Origin: an uncultured Nitrospinaceae bacterium
GTDB lineage: Bacteria; UBA8248
Length of the DNA: 64,000 bases
NCBI GenBank assembly: GCA_964005815.1
Contig: CAXFSR010000036.1
Span: 32,001 to 96,000 of the forward strand
Direction of reading: 5' to 3'
Numbering within the stretch: the stretch's first letter is position 1; every line of letters begins with the position of its first letter. Both the position numbers and the translations under genes were made by a program. This document shows positions 22,083 to 32,729 of this stretch, one piece after another. The notes beneath the pieces were generated by a model that ran no database searches, was not told where the DNA came from, and saw only the letters and a program-made list of their open reading frames with translations.

Positions 22083-23237
22083 TCAACTAATCGAACGTAT
22101 TCCTGTTTCAAATCCAGCAATAATAAGTTTTTGAATCTGACTGGTTCCTTCGTATATAGTCGCAATTCTAGCATCTCGCATATACCTTTCAACAGGATAT
22201 TCATTACTGTATCCCATTCCACCATGAATTTGAATTGCATTATTGGCTGCTTTTAACGCCGATTCCGAACAATAAAATTTAGCTATTGAAGTTTCGCGTG
22301 TATTTTTTTTTCCTGCATTTTTTATTTCACCGGCTTTATAGAGAAGTAGACGACTAGCTTCCACATCAACAACCATTTGTGCAATTAAATCTTGCACCAA
22401 CTGACGCGCTGCTATTGGTTTTCCAAAAGTATGTCGTTCTTTTGAAAATAACACTGAAGACTCAAGAGATGCCTGTGCAATACCTAAACAACCGGCAGCA
22501 ACTGAGTATCTCCCATTATCTAGAGCGCTCATAGCAACTTTAAATCCATCACCGACTTCACCTAAAATTGCATCCTCTGGAATTTCAACATTTTCCATAA
22601 AAATTTCTGCTGTATTAGAACTTCTTAGGCCTAATTTTCCATGAATATCCTTCGTTGAGAAACCATCAGTTTGTGTTTCAACTAGAAAAGCAGTCATTCT
22701 TCGAGGATTATCTTTTTCTGTTTGTGCTATAACTAAAGCAATATCTGCAACACCACCGTTACTAATCCAAATTTTATTCCCATTCAAAATCCACCCATTC
22801 TGTGTTTTTCTTGCAAAAGTCTTAATTTGTTGCGCATCAGAACCTGCGTCTGGTTCGGTCAAAGCAAAACAACCAAAATTTTCAACAGAACATAATTTAG
22901 GCAAATAAAGACTTTTCTGTTTTTCAGAACCCCATTTAAGAATCGTCGATGCTACTAAAGAAATCTGAACAGAAAGAACTGTTCTTACCGAACTACAAGC
23001 TTTACTAATTTCTTCATTAATAATTGCATAGGATATATAATCTAGATCTGCTCCCCCATACTTTGAAGGTATTGGTCCTCCGAACAATCCTAATTGACCC
23101 ATCTCTTTAACGATTTCCAGTGGGAAACGCTCGTGAATATCATTCTCTCTAGCTACATGGTTAGGTATTTTTTCAGATGCAAATTGAGAAGCGGTCTCTT
23201 TCAGTAATCTTTGCGTCTCGTTAAAACGAAAATCCAT
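22083..23237 (-). CDS. Acyl-CoA dehydrogenase (short-chain/butyryl-CoA type)
   Basis: FALTEPDAGSD, LNGNKIWISN, KLGLRSS.T, QIHGGMGY, IYEGTSQIQ. Confidence 0.93.
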   Translation of the reverse strand: MDFRFNETQRLLKETASQFASEKIPNHVARENDIHERFPLEIVKEMGQLGLFGGPIPSKYGGADLDYISYAIINEEISKACSSVRTVLSVQISLVASTILKWGSEKQKSLYLPKLCSVENFGCFALTEPDAGSDAQQIKTFARKTQNGWILNGNKIWISNGGVADIALVIAQTEKDNPRRMTAFLVETQTDGFSTKDIHGKLGLRSSNTAEIFMENVEIPEDAILGEVGDGFKVAMSALDNGRYSVAAGCLGIAQASLESSVLFSKERHTFGKPIAARQLVQDLIAQMVVDVEASRLLLYKAGEIKNAGKKNTRETSIAKFYCSESALKAANNAIQIHGGMGYSNEYPVERYMRDARIATIYEGTSQIQKLIIAGFETGIRSIS

Positions 23238-23260
23238 TTACTCCTCTCTAATTCTTTAAA

Positions 23261-24121
23261 TCAACTTGAATTATAATTGAAAAATCCCTTGCCGGTCTTA
23301 CGACCCAAATGACCTGCACGAACCATTTTTTTCAATAAAAAATTTGGCCTATATCTCGTTTCTCCTAATTCACGATACAAAGTTTCAGTTTTAGCAAGAT
23401 GTATGTCTACCCCTATTAAATCAATAAGTTCAAGAGGTCCCATTGGAAGACCTGCTCCCATTTTCATAGCAATATCAATATCCTCTGCCGAAGCAAGGCC
23501 CTGTGAAAAAACTTCAACTGCCTCATTCAAAAGTCCTGCAAGAACTCTACTTCCTATCCCAGCAGGACTATCAAAATTCGCTACAATAGGTACTTTCTTT
23601 AATTCCTTAGCCAATTCTATAGTATCTTCTATAGTCTTTTTTGATGTTTGCAAACCGGGCATAATTTCAACTAATTTCATAACAATAGGGGGATTAAAGA
23701 AATGAACACCTATTACCTTATCCGCTCTTCTAGTTGAAGAAGCAATTTCAGTTATAGACAGTGACGTGGTGTTACTAGCTAGAATTGCTGAAGGGGACGC
23801 TAAACTATCAATTTCACTGAAGATCTCCTTTTTTATTTTCATATCTTCAAAAATCGCTTCAATTATAAAGTCTGAATCCTTAACATCTGCTAAACTGACT
23901 GAAATTTGAATTTTTTCAAAGATCTTTTCAACTTCAACTGCAGAAATCTTTCCTGCTTCAATTCGAGGCTCTAATCTTTTTCTTAGTCCTGTCAAAGCAG
24001 AAGCAAGAATTTTTTCTTCCGTATCGAACAGAGTGACAAAGATTGAGTTCTGAGCAAAAACTTGTGCGATACCAGCACCCATTGTCCCTGCTCCTATAAC
24101 GGAAACTTTCTTAGGAGTCAT
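23261..24121 (-). CDS. 3-hydroxyacyl-CoA (3-hydroxybutyryl-CoA) dehydrogenase
   Basis: GAGTMGAGIA, IEAIFED, ASNTTSL, HFFNPP..MKLVE, PMGPL, LGRKTGKGF. Confidence 0.93.
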   Translation of the reverse strand: MTPKKVSVIGAGTMGAGIAQVFAQNSIFVTLFDTEEKILASALTGLRKRLEPRIEAGKISAVEVEKIFEKIQISVSLADVKDSDFIIEAIFEDMKIKKEIFSEIDSLASPSAILASNTTSLSITEIASSTRRADKVIGVHFFNPPIVMKLVEIMPGLQTSKKTIEDTIELAKELKKVPIVANFDSPAGIGSRVLAGLLNEAVEVFSQGLASAEDIDIAMKMGAGLPMGPLELIDLIGVDIHLAKTETLYRELGETRYRPNFLLKKMVRAGHLGRKTGKGFFNYNSS

Positions 24122-24147
24122 ATGAATACCTCTTATATTCTTTATAA

Positions 24148-25338
24148 TTATCCAATACGTTTAATAACCAAAGCTATACCTTGACCACCACCAATACAAG
24201 CACTTACTACCGCATGCTCTTTACCTATATTCTCCAATGCGTTCATACAGGTTGACAAAATCTTTCCGCCCGTCGCACCAACAGGATGTCCTAAAGCAAT
24301 TGCACCACCACGAACATTTAATTTTGAACGATCCCATTTTAATTCTCTTTCACATGCTATCACCTGTGCAGCAAAAGCTTCATTTACTTCTATCAAATCC
24401 ATATCATCTAACTTAAGATTCGCTTTCTTTAGTGCCATTGGGATCGCTTTTACAGGACCCAGACCCATCAGTTTAGGATCTACTCCCGCAGATGCATACC
24501 CTAAAATTGAAGCCAAAGGCTTAAGTCCTAATTCTTTTGCTCTTTCTCTAGATGAGACGGCTGTAGCTGAACCAGCATCTCCCTGACAACAAGAATTTCC
24601 TGCAGTCACTGAACCTTCTTTTTCAAAAACAGGACGAAGTCTACCTAGCTTTTCTAAAGAAATATCATAGCGAGGAGTTTCATCTTTACAAAAACTTTTC
24701 ACTTCTCCTTTTCTATTTTTTAACTCAACAGGAATAATCTCATCCTCAAAAAGCCCTGATTCAATTGCATTTGTTGCTTTTTTTTGACTTTCTAGAGCAA
24801 ATTCATCTTGTTCTTCTCGAGAAATATTATACTTCTCTACTAAATTTTCAGCAGTACAACCCATCAACTGACCGGACAAAGGATCCATATAACCATCCTG
24901 ATAAATAAGATCTATAAATTTCGCATGACCAATTTTTGCCCCCCATCTTGTATCTTTCTGGACATAAGGGACATTACTTGTACTTTCTACCCCTCCAGCT
25001 AAAACAATATTAGAATCTCCGGCGCGAATCGATTGAGCTGCAAGAGCAATAGTTTTAAGGCTCGAACCACAACGCTTATTTACAGTAAACGCTGGAACAT
25101 TCTCAGATATGCCACTCTGCACAGAAATCAAACGTGCAGAATTAGGACCTACACCTGCCTGCCAACCATGACCAAAAATTACTTCATCAAAATTCTCTGG
25201 TTGAACATTCGATCTTTTTATTGCTTCTTGGGCAACTAAAATACCTAACTCTGGAGCAGTTTTGTCTTTCAAAGAACCACCAAAAGAACCAACTGCAGTT
25301 CTTACACTACTCAAAATAACTATTTCTTCCGTCGACAT
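24148..25338 (-). CDS. Acetyl-CoA C-acyltransferase (thiolase)
   Basis: NKRCGSS, NEAFAAQ, GGAIALGHPVGATG, CIGGGQG. Confidence 0.95.
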   Translation of the reverse strand: MSTEEIVILSSVRTAVGSFGGSLKDKTAPELGILVAQEAIKRSNVQPENFDEVIFGHGWQAGVGPNSARLISVQSGISENVPAFTVNKRCGSSLKTIALAAQSIRAGDSNIVLAGGVESTSNVPYVQKDTRWGAKIGHAKFIDLIYQDGYMDPLSGQLMGCTAENLVEKYNISREEQDEFALESQKKATNAIESGLFEDEIIPVELKNRKGEVKSFCKDETPRYDISLEKLGRLRPVFEKEGSVTAGNSCCQGDAGSATAVSSRERAKELGLKPLASILGYASAGVDPKLMGLGPVKAIPMALKKANLKLDDMDLIEVNEAFAAQVIACERELKWDRSKLNVRGGAIALGHPVGATGGKILSTCMNALENIGKEHAVVSACIGGGQGIALVIKRIG

Positions 25339-25476
25339 TAAGTGACCTCCCTAGCGAACAAATTACTTGTAAATTATTTTGTACCTGCAAGTCACTTGGA
25401 CTTTATAACGAGAACAACTATGAGGTAAATACGGACTGGAAAAGTATTTCAACAAAAAGATTTATAGTAATTTAAT

Positions 25477-26442
25477 CTATTGAAAAGAAATTCCAAGAAA
25501 TTCTAAGGTATTTTTAAAATCAATCGGCAATTCAGAAACAACATCAATTTCTTCAGATGTAATTGGATGTCTAAATTTCAAACTTCTAGCGTGCAAAGCC
25601 TGTCTTGAGAGATTTTTTTCAAGGTATTTATTAATATCCTTATTGGAAAATCTCGAATTATCACGGTTAACATAAACTGCGTCACAAACTATAGAATGCT
25701 TAATATGATGCAAATGAACTCGTATTTGATGTGTCCGACCCGTCATAATATTAACGCTTAAAAGTGAAAAATTATTTGCATTTGCTAAAACTTGGAAGGA
25801 TGTAAAAGCATTTTTGCCTCCATTTACAACTGCCATTTTAGTTCTATGTCTTGGATGCCTTCCTATAGGAAGACTTATTTTATTGGATAATTTTTTTGGA
25901 ACCCCGTGTACAAGCGCTAAATATTTTTTCTCAATCTTTCGATTCTTAAGAGCTGAACTAAGTTTTGTATGTGCCAAATCGGATTTGGCTACTATAACTA
26001 GTCCTGAAGTATCTTTGTCTAAGCGATGAACGATACCGGGTCGCTCCACTCCCCCAATACCTGACAATTCTCCCCTACAATAATATAAAAGAGCAGAGAC
26101 TAAAGTTCCCTTGGTATTCCCTGCGCCAGGATGGATGACCATTCCTGGCGGTTTATCAACTACCAACAAATGTTCATCTTCAAAAATAACTTTTAATTTA
26201 ATTTTTTCAGGCAAAATAAATGATTTTTCTGGTGGAGGAATAACCACCTGTATTTGATCACCCGCGCAAACCTTAGTAGAAGGCTTAATACTTTTTTTAT
26301 CATTTATAGATACACAATTATCTCTTATAAGTTGGTTTAAACGAGAACGAGACAATTCAGCAATATTCTTCTTTAAAAAAACGTCTACTCTGTCAATCTC
26401 ATCGGTACTTAATAATTTAATAATTTTCGAATTTTTTGACAT
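25477..26442 (-). CDS. rluD: RluA/RluD family 23S rRNA pseudouridine synthase
   Basis: S4 domain, DKPPGMVIHPG, GIVHRLDKDTSG, TGRTHQIRVH; start probably the ATG at 26442 (track gives 26478). Confidence 0.9.
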   Translation of the reverse strand: MSKNSKIIKLLSTDEIDRVDVFLKKNIAELSRSRLNQLIRDNCVSINDKKSIKPSTKVCAGDQIQVVIPPPEKSFILPEKIKLKVIFEDEHLLVVDKPPGMVIHPGAGNTKGTLVSALLYYCRGELSGIGGVERPGIVHRLDKDTSGLVIVAKSDLAHTKLSSALKNRKIEKKYLALVHGVPKKLSNKISLPIGRHPRHRTKMAVVNGGKNAFTSFQVLANANNFSLLSVNIMTGRTHQIRVHLHHIKHSIVCDAVYVNRDNSRFSNKDINKYLEKNLSRQALHARSLKFRHPITSEEIDVVSELPIDFKNTLEFLGISFQ

Positions 26443-26496
26443 TTGGACACTAAATTTTAAAGATATATAAAAAAACAAACCTTTTAGTCTTAGTTT

Positions 26497-26997
26497 TTAA
26501 TTAATAGTTTTTTTTGAAAACGAAGTCTTCAAAATAATAAATAAAAGTATACCCACTCCAATACTTATTCCAGAATCTGCAATATTAAAAGCGGGCCAAT
26601 AAAATGAACCATAGTAAATTAAAATGAAATCAATTACTTCCCCATAGAGAAAACGATCTACTAAATTACCGATACCACCACCAAAAATAAAAATGAGTGC
26701 AAAACGTGCAAACGAACTATTCGAAAACTCATAGAGATATAAATAAACAACAAAGAATAAAGCAAAAATAGTGACTGAAATAAACAACCATTTTGAAATA
26801 GCAGGAGGAAGATCTGCTAAAAAGCTAAAAGCACCACCTGGATTTCGAACATAAATAAAATCAAAAAACCCGGGAAAAATATTTACCCTAGATCCTAAAC
26901 TTAAATTTGATAGAACAATAACTTTAGAAAGTTGATCTAAAAATGCAAAAAGAATTCCAAACAGAAATAAATCGCGTGAATTTAAAAAAATTTTCAT
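26497..26997 (-). CDS. lspA: Lipoprotein signal peptidase II
   Basis: DQLSK, NPGGAFS, GNLVDR...[17 protein letters not shown] overlap with ileS. Confidence 0.96.
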   Translation of the reverse strand: MKIFLNSRDLFLFGILFAFLDQLSKVIVLSNLSLGSRVNIFPGFFDFIYVRNPGGAFSFLADLPPAISKWLFISVTIFALFFVVYLYLYEFSNSSFARFALIFIFGGGIGNLVDRFLYGEVIDFILIYYGSFYWPAFNIADSGISIGVGILLFIILKTSFSKKTIN

Positions 26998-29855
26998 GGG
27001 TTATATGTTGATACTATCCGTGCACACCGTGCTGAAAGATCTGGATAATTTGGGTCAGAACCAACATCTTCAGAAATTTTCCAGGACATTTCACATTTTT
27101 TTCCCTTTGCTAAATCGATTTGTATCGCAAGTCCTTGAATTTCTTCACTTTGAAAAATTTCATCAGGAATCTGAGAATTGGAAGACGCCAATTTTGCACT
27201 AGAAACAATAAAGATATCTTCCATTTTATCTACAAGAGGTAATAATTCTTCTCTTAACTCTTCTGGTGCATAGATTAATACAGAAAAATTCAAAGAACTT
27301 CCTTTTCCTTTTTCTTGGATTTTACGAGTTTCTTCAATTGCTTTAAGAACCTCAGGTCTAATTTCTAAAAGCCGTTTCCATTTAGATTCAAGTTGAGGAT
27401 CTCTTCTTTCAGGATCTGTCTCAGGGAAAACAGAAAAATGTATACTGTCTCCATATCTTTTATCTGTATACCTATAAACTTCTTCTGAAGTAAAAGAAAG
27501 TATAGGAGCCATGAGCCTTAAGAGAGTATCTAGAACATCGTCCATGGTAACGAGAGCAGATAAGCGCTCGGGATCATCCGGCAAAGAAATGTAGAGTCTA
27601 TCTTTTAAAACATCCATATAGAAAGCCGACAAATCAACCGCACAGAAATTATTTAAAGCATGATAAACAGTATGGAATTCATAATCATCATAGGCTTTTT
27701 TGACTTTTTCAATTAATCTATCCAATCTACTTAAAATTAATCTGTCTATTTCATTTCTCTGGCCAATTGGAAATTCCGAAGAATCATATTTAAATCCTTC
27801 ATAATCATGCAAATTTCCTAATAAAAACCTACAAGTATTCCTTATCCTTCTGTATGCTTCTGATAGTCTTTCAAGTATTTGATTAGACAGTCGAATATCT
27901 TCTCGATAATTTTCTCCAGCAACCCATAATCTTAAGATTTCAGCACCATATTGTTTGATAATTTTTTCTGGAGCAACAGTATTTCCCAAACTCTTACTCA
28001 TCTTTTTCCCATTCCCATCTACTACATATCCATGAGTTAGTACTTCGCGATAAGGAGCTGATCCACGAACACCAACTGCAGCCAAAAGGGAACTATGGAA
28101 CCAACCCCTATGTTGATCGCTACCTTCAAGGTACATATTCGCAGGCCAGGTCAATTCTTTATTTTTTTCAAGGACTGCTGCTTGACTGACTCCAGAATCG
28201 AACCAAACATCAAGAATATCAGTCTCTTTCTTGAAATTGTCAGACCCACATGAAGGGCAAACGAAACCGTGTGGTAAAAGTTCAGAACAATCTTTTTCAA
28301 ACCAGACATCTGCTCCCTGAGACTCCATTAAATCTGCGACATGTATTGCAACACTGCCATCAACAATAATTTCTGAGCATTTCTCACAATGAAAAGCTAC
28401 TATCGGAACACCCCATGACCTCTGACGCGATATGCACCAATCAGGTCTGTTTTCAATCATCTGATAAATACGTTCTTCGCCCCAGTTTGGCACCCACTCT
28501 ACTTTCCGTATCTCATCTAAAGCTTTTTTTCTTAAATCCGATTTTTCCATAGAAATAAACCACTGGGGTGTAGCTCTAAATATAGTAGGTCTATGACTTC
28601 TCCAATCATGAGGATAAGGATGAGGATATTTTTCTGTAGCAAAAAGCATCTCTTTTTCTTTTAGAAATTCAATAATTTCCTGATCGGCATCAAAAACAAA
28701 TTGTCCAGCAAAGTGTTCAATTTCTTGAGTAAACCTACCGCCATCATCTACAGGACTATAAATTTCCAATCCATACTTTAATCCAGTTTCATAATCTTCC
28801 CTACCATGACCAGGAGCCGTATGTACTACACCAGTACCTTGCTCAAGAGTTACGTAATCAGCATGTACCACTTTCGAATCTCTTTTTATCCAAGGATGAC
28901 TGACTAAGAGATTCTCCAAGACTTTTGAATCAAAATCTTCTATCTTTTTTAATTTTCCTTCACCTGCGATTTCACCTTCAGTTAATACTTTTTCTAAATG
29001 AGGAGTAAAATATTCATGAAAGATAAGTATTTCCTCTCCATAAGAAAAAATGGAATACTTTAAACTTGGATGAAATGCTAAAGCCAAATTTGCTGGCAAT
29101 GTCCATGGAGTTGTAGTCCAAATAAGAACACTTACTTTCTTTTTTGAATCAAGTTTTGAAAAAAAAGGAATTCGTTCACTCCAACTTAACATCTGTTCTT
29201 TGTTTAAAGGAAATTTAACATATATACTTGTTGTTGTTATCTCCTCATATTCAACTTCAGCTTCTGCAAGAGCCGTTCGTAATCCAGGTGCCCAATGTAC
29301 AGGTTTTAACCCTAAATAAACGTTTCCTGCATCCATAAAACGCCCAAGTTCTCGAACTGTTGCAGCTTCATAATCAAAACTCATGGTTAGATAAGGATTT
29401 TGCCAATCACCAAAAACACCAAGGCGCATAAATTCTTCTCTTTGTATATCAATAAATTTTTCTGCATACTTTCTACATAGCGCACGTTTTTCTATTGGAG
29501 AAATTTCAAACCGTTTTTTCCCCAATTCTTTATCTACTTGATGCTCAATAGGCAAACCATGACAATCCCAACCAGGAACATATGCAGCATCAAACCCAGA
29601 CATTTGTTTTGACTTGACAATTATGTCTTTTAAGATTTTATTCAAGACAGTACCCATATGGATATTGCCATTTGCATAAGGAGGGCCATCGTGGAGAATG
29701 TATTTTTCTCTACCCTTTGATTGTTTTCTTATTTCTCCATAAATATCTTTATCATGCCATTCAGAAAGCATTTCCGGCTCTTTAACAGAAAGGTTCGCTT
29801 TCATCGGGAATGAGGTTTTAGGTAAATTTAAATAATTCTTATAATCTTCGACCAA
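26994..29855 (-). CDS. ileS: Isoleucine--tRNA ligase (type 1)
   Basis: [57 protein letters not shown]. Confidence 0.98.
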   Translation of the reverse strand: MVEDYKNYLNLPKTSFPMKANLSVKEPEMLSEWHDKDIYGEIRKQSKGREKYILHDGPPYANGNIHMGTVLNKILKDIIVKSKQMSGFDAAYVPGWDCHGLPIEHQVDKELGKKRFEISPIEKRALCRKYAEKFIDIQREEFMRLGVFGDWQNPYLTMSFDYEAATVRELGRFMDAGNVYLGLKPVHWAPGLRTALAEAEVEYEEITTTSIYVKFPLNKEQMLSWSERIPFFSKLDSKKKVSVLIWTTTPWTLPANLALAFHPSLKYSIFSYGEEILIFHEYFTPHLEKVLTEGEIAGEGKLKKIEDFDSKVLENLLVSHPWIKRDSKVVHADYVTLEQGTGVVHTAPGHGREDYETGLKYGLEIYSPVDDGGRFTQEIEHFAGQFVFDADQEIIEFLKEKEMLFATEKYPHPYPHDWRSHRPTIFRATPQWFISMEKSDLRKKALDEIRKVEWVPNWGEERIYQMIENRPDWCISRQRSWGVPIVAFHCEKCSEIIVDGSVAIHVADLMESQGADVWFEKDCSELLPHGFVCPSCGSDNFKKETDILDVWFDSGVSQAAVLEKNKELTWPANMYLEGSDQHRGWFHSSLLAAVGVRGSAPYREVLTHGYVVDGNGKKMSKSLGNTVAPEKIIKQYGAEILRLWVAGENYREDIRLSNQILERLSEAYRRIRNTCRFLLGNLHDYEGFKYDSSEFPIGQRNEIDRLILSRLDRLIEKVKKAYDDYEFHTVYHALNNFCAVDLSAFYMDVLKDRLYISLPDDPERLSALVTMDDVLDTLLRLMAPILSFTSEEVYRYTDKRYGDSIHFSVFPETDPERRDPQLESKWKRLLEIRPEVLKAIEETRKIQEKGKGSSLNFSVLIYAPEELREELLPLVDKMEDIFIVSSAKLASSNSQIPDEIFQSEEIQGLAIQIDLAKGKKCEMSWKISEDVGSDPNYPDLSARCARIVSTYNP

Positions 29856-29890
29856 AACTTTCTCCTGTCAGGAAAAATTAATAAAAACCT

Positions 29891-30868
29891 CTATTGAGGA
29901 GATAACCCTACAGCTTTGTATATATCGGTCATTGTCTTTCGGGCTTCTTCGCGTGCTTTCTCTCCACCGGATTTCAAAACTTGATTAACATATTCCTTAT
30001 CTGCCTTTAATTTTTCACGCTCCTTTCTAAAAGGAGTGAAAAAACTATTTAATTTTTCAAATAGCATTTTTTTAGCATCCCCATAACCTAATCCTCCAGC
30101 TAGATATTGTTCACGTAAAGAATCCTGCTCCTTCTCATTGGCAAACAGTTTGAAAAGACTAAAAACATTACAAGTTTCTGGATCTTTAGGTTCTTCTACG
30201 GGGGTTGAGTCTGTAACAATCGACATGATTTTCTTTCGCAAAGATTTTCCCTCGTCAAAAATTTCTATAGTATTTCCATAACTTTTACTCATTTTTTGTC
30301 CATCAACACCCGGAACTTTCGCTCCTTTATCCAACCTAAAAGAAGGCATTGGAAAAATTTCTTCATAGGTATTATTGAAAGATTGCGCAATATCTCTTGT
30401 CATTTCGATATGTTGTATTTGGTCTTCTCCAACAGGTACGACATTCGATCTATAAATTAAAATGTCAGCTGCCATTAGCATAGGATAAGTGTACAAACCC
30501 ATAGAGGGACTAATTCCTCTTTGAACTTTATCTTTATAAGAAGTAGCTCGATCAAGAAGCCCTTTGCCCGTCACACAAGATAAAATCCATGACAATTCGC
30601 TCACTTCTGGAACATCGTTTTGTCTAAAAAAAACTGCCTTTTTAGGATCCAGCCCTAAAGATAAATAATCAAGAGCAACATCAAAAGTTTGTTGCGAAAG
30701 TAATTCTGGAACTTGTACTGAAGTCATAGCATGGTAATTAGCTATAAAATAAAAAGCTTCTCCCTCTTCTTGCAAGGCTATATGCTGGCGAAGAGCGCCA
30801 AAATAGTTGCCAATATGCAATCTACCAGAAGGTTGTACTCCAGATAGAAACCGAATTTTCGATGACAT
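29891..30868 (-). CDS. trpS: Tryptophan--tRNA ligase
   Basis: SGVQPSG.LHIGNY, YPMLMAADIL, VPVGEDQ.QH, KMSKS. Confidence 0.97.
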   Translation of the reverse strand: MSSKIRFLSGVQPSGRLHIGNYFGALRQHIALQEEGEAFYFIANYHAMTSVQVPELLSQQTFDVALDYLSLGLDPKKAVFFRQNDVPEVSELSWILSCVTGKGLLDRATSYKDKVQRGISPSMGLYTYPMLMAADILIYRSNVVPVGEDQIQHIEMTRDIAQSFNNTYEEIFPMPSFRLDKGAKVPGVDGQKMSKSYGNTIEIFDEGKSLRKKIMSIVTDSTPVEEPKDPETCNVFSLFKLFANEKEQDSLREQYLAGGLGYGDAKKMLFEKLNSFFTPFRKEREKLKADKEYVNQVLKSGGEKAREEARKTMTDIYKAVGLSPQ

Positions 30869-30892
30869 ATAAAATCCTAAATAATTTTAAAA

Positions 30893-31558
30893 TCAATTGA
30901 GCATTTTAAACAAATTCATTGCAAATATCCGCTCTGTAGCAAGTAAAAAATAAAATATTGGAGACATGATTACTGTAAGCTTATTAAACAATATCAGACC
31001 AAGGATTATAAAAAAACCATAGGGCTCTAATCTTGAAAAATTAAATGCAATACGTCTTGGCAGAATACCATGTAGTATTCTTCCTCCATCGAATGGTAAA
31101 ATCGGAACTAAATTAAACGCAGCAAGGGCTGTATTTACAATAAAACTCATTTCAAGCATCTTATAAATCGGCTCTCCAAAAAAACTTTGATGAATTCCAA
31201 AATGTCGCATTTCAAATAAAACAAACAAACTTAAAATAGCAAGAAAAAAATTAGAAACCGGTCCTGCTAGAGCTATCCATATCATATCTTTTCTTGGATT
31301 TTTTAGATTTGAAGTATCGACAGGAACTGGCTTTGCCCAACCGAAACCAATTCCAGCAGCAAGCGATATTACAAAAGCCAAAGTCCCTAAAGGATCTAGA
31401 TGAACTAAAGGATTTAAACTTAGACGTCCCATATACCTTGCTGTTTGATCTCCTAATTTAGAAGCAGACCAACCATGAGCAACTTCATGTACAGTCAAAG
31501 CAATTAAAATTGCCGGAAGAGATACAATGAGTTTTTGAATAAAATCTTCTGAAAACAA
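30893..31558 (-). CDS. Site-2 protease (peptidase M50)
   Basis: HEVAH, LNPLVHLDPLG, GWAKPVP, AGPVSN, FNLVPILPFDGG. Confidence 0.93.
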   Translation of the reverse strand: MFSEDFIQKLIVSLPAILIALTVHEVAHGWSASKLGDQTARYMGRLSLNPLVHLDPLGTLAFVISLAAGIGFGWAKPVPVDTSNLKNPRKDMIWIALAGPVSNFFLAILSLFVLFEMRHFGIHQSFFGEPIYKMLEMSFIVNTALAAFNLVPILPFDGGRILHGILPRRIAFNFSRLEPYGFFIILGLILFNKLTVIMSPIFYFLLATERIFAMNLFKMLN

Positions 31559-31634
31559 AACAAAAATCCTGCAACATTAGATTAAAATTAAAATAAATTA
31601 AAAATTTTGAATCAATCAAAAAAATATATACAAT

Positions 31635-32204
31635 TTAAGGATTCCATACATTTTCAAAATCGTCACAAAAAACAAACTCACTCAAAGATTTCCTCGTAGA
31701 TGGTTTTTTGTCTTTTTCCTGAACTTCAGGGGGCAAATCTTCAAAATTCCCTGGATAACCGACTGCAAAAAGAGCAACAACTCTATAGGGATCTGGTATC
31801 TTAAATTTTTCAAGAACCTTTTCTTCATCCCATCCAGCCATTGCATGCACTGTGAGTTCTAATGCACTTCCCTGCAACAAAAGATTTTGCAATGCCATCC
31901 CAACATCGATCAACCATCTCTGTAATCCATTTCTTTCTGGTTGTTCTTCTGGATTGCCAAGTATAATCATTTTAGTCGGAGCTTCAGCCGCCCACTGACG
32001 ATTGCCTTCATTCAAACACTCGTCAAACGCATTATTTGACTCTTCCGATTGAGTTACAATGACTCTCCATGGTTGCTTATTGCTTCCTGAAGGGGCCCAC
32101 CGAAATGCCTCTAACAAAGCATTTAATTCATCCGGTTTTGGTGGAACTCCACTAAAATCTCTCTTACTTCTTCTATTTTTTATTAAAGGATGTATGTCTG
32201 CCAT
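31635..32204 (-). CDS. Nitroreductase family flavoprotein
   Basis: RRSKR.F, WAPSGSNKQPW, DVGMALQN, HAMAG, AVGYPG. Confidence 0.9.
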   Translation of the reverse strand: MADIHPLIKNRRSKRDFSGVPPKPDELNALLEAFRWAPSGSNKQPWRVIVTQSEESNNAFDECLNEGNRQWAAEAPTKMIILGNPEEQPERNGLQRWLIDVGMALQNLLLQGSALELTVHAMAGWDEEKVLEKFKIPDPYRVVALFAVGYPGNFEDLPPEVQEKDKKPSTRKSLSEFVFCDDFENVWNP

Positions 32205-32311
32205 CTTTGTTCTCCTGAAAATTTAATGAAAATATATTAACGCTTCAGCTATTAAAGTTCTAAAAAAATGCAGTGTAGTACAGCGTTCAAAAAAATAAAA
32301 TACACACTAAG

Positions 32312-32695
32312 TCAGCCAGCATATCCCACATCTTTTTTGGTCTCCAATAAAACAATTTTTTCGGATGAATCGAGCATATTTGTTCTATATAAAGTATGTG
32401 CAAAAATTTGTGGAGCCCGATAAATAAAAATTCTCTCATGAGAAATCAATAAAGATCGAATTAAAGAAACAAACTGCAAGATACTTCTAGAACCTTCGAA
32501 CTCTAAATCTTCCATATCTATTTTTAAAATAGAAACTTCAAAATCTTTTATATTTTTTTTTATCGCAATATCAACCAATGGGAAAATTCTAAGATCTAAA
32601 TCTCCACTTATCTGAACGCTTAACTCTTTTTTATTTTTGAAAATTCTCAGGAAGAAATCCTGATTAATAGAAATTTCACGCAAATCAGCCTCCAT
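32312..32695 (-). CDS. STAS-like (anti-sigma factor antagonist fold) protein
   Basis: ISGDLD..., IDMEDLEFEGS resembles the STAS lDls.v.fmDSsg pattern; degenerate. Confidence 0.55.
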   Translation of the reverse strand: MEADLREISINQDFFLRIFKNKKELSVQISGDLDLRIFPLVDIAIKKNIKDFEVSILKIDMEDLEFEGSRSILQFVSLIRSLLISHERIFIYRAPQIFAHTLYRTNMLDSSEKIVLLETKKDVGYAG

Positions 32696-32729
32696 ACTTA
32701 GAGTTTTGCTTTAAAAAATTAAAAAAGAA

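Noticed and set aside
25339..25476. Possible riboswitch or ncRNA upstream of the thiolase operon; glycine riboswitch before gcvT
   Set aside because: No recognisable conserved motif or stable stem; the gap before gcvT is only 56 bp, too short for a glycine riboswitch.
32255..32314. Readthrough of the STAS-like gene's terminal TGA
   Set aside because: No redox motif at the site, no clear hairpin, and the extension is AT-rich intergenic sequence.
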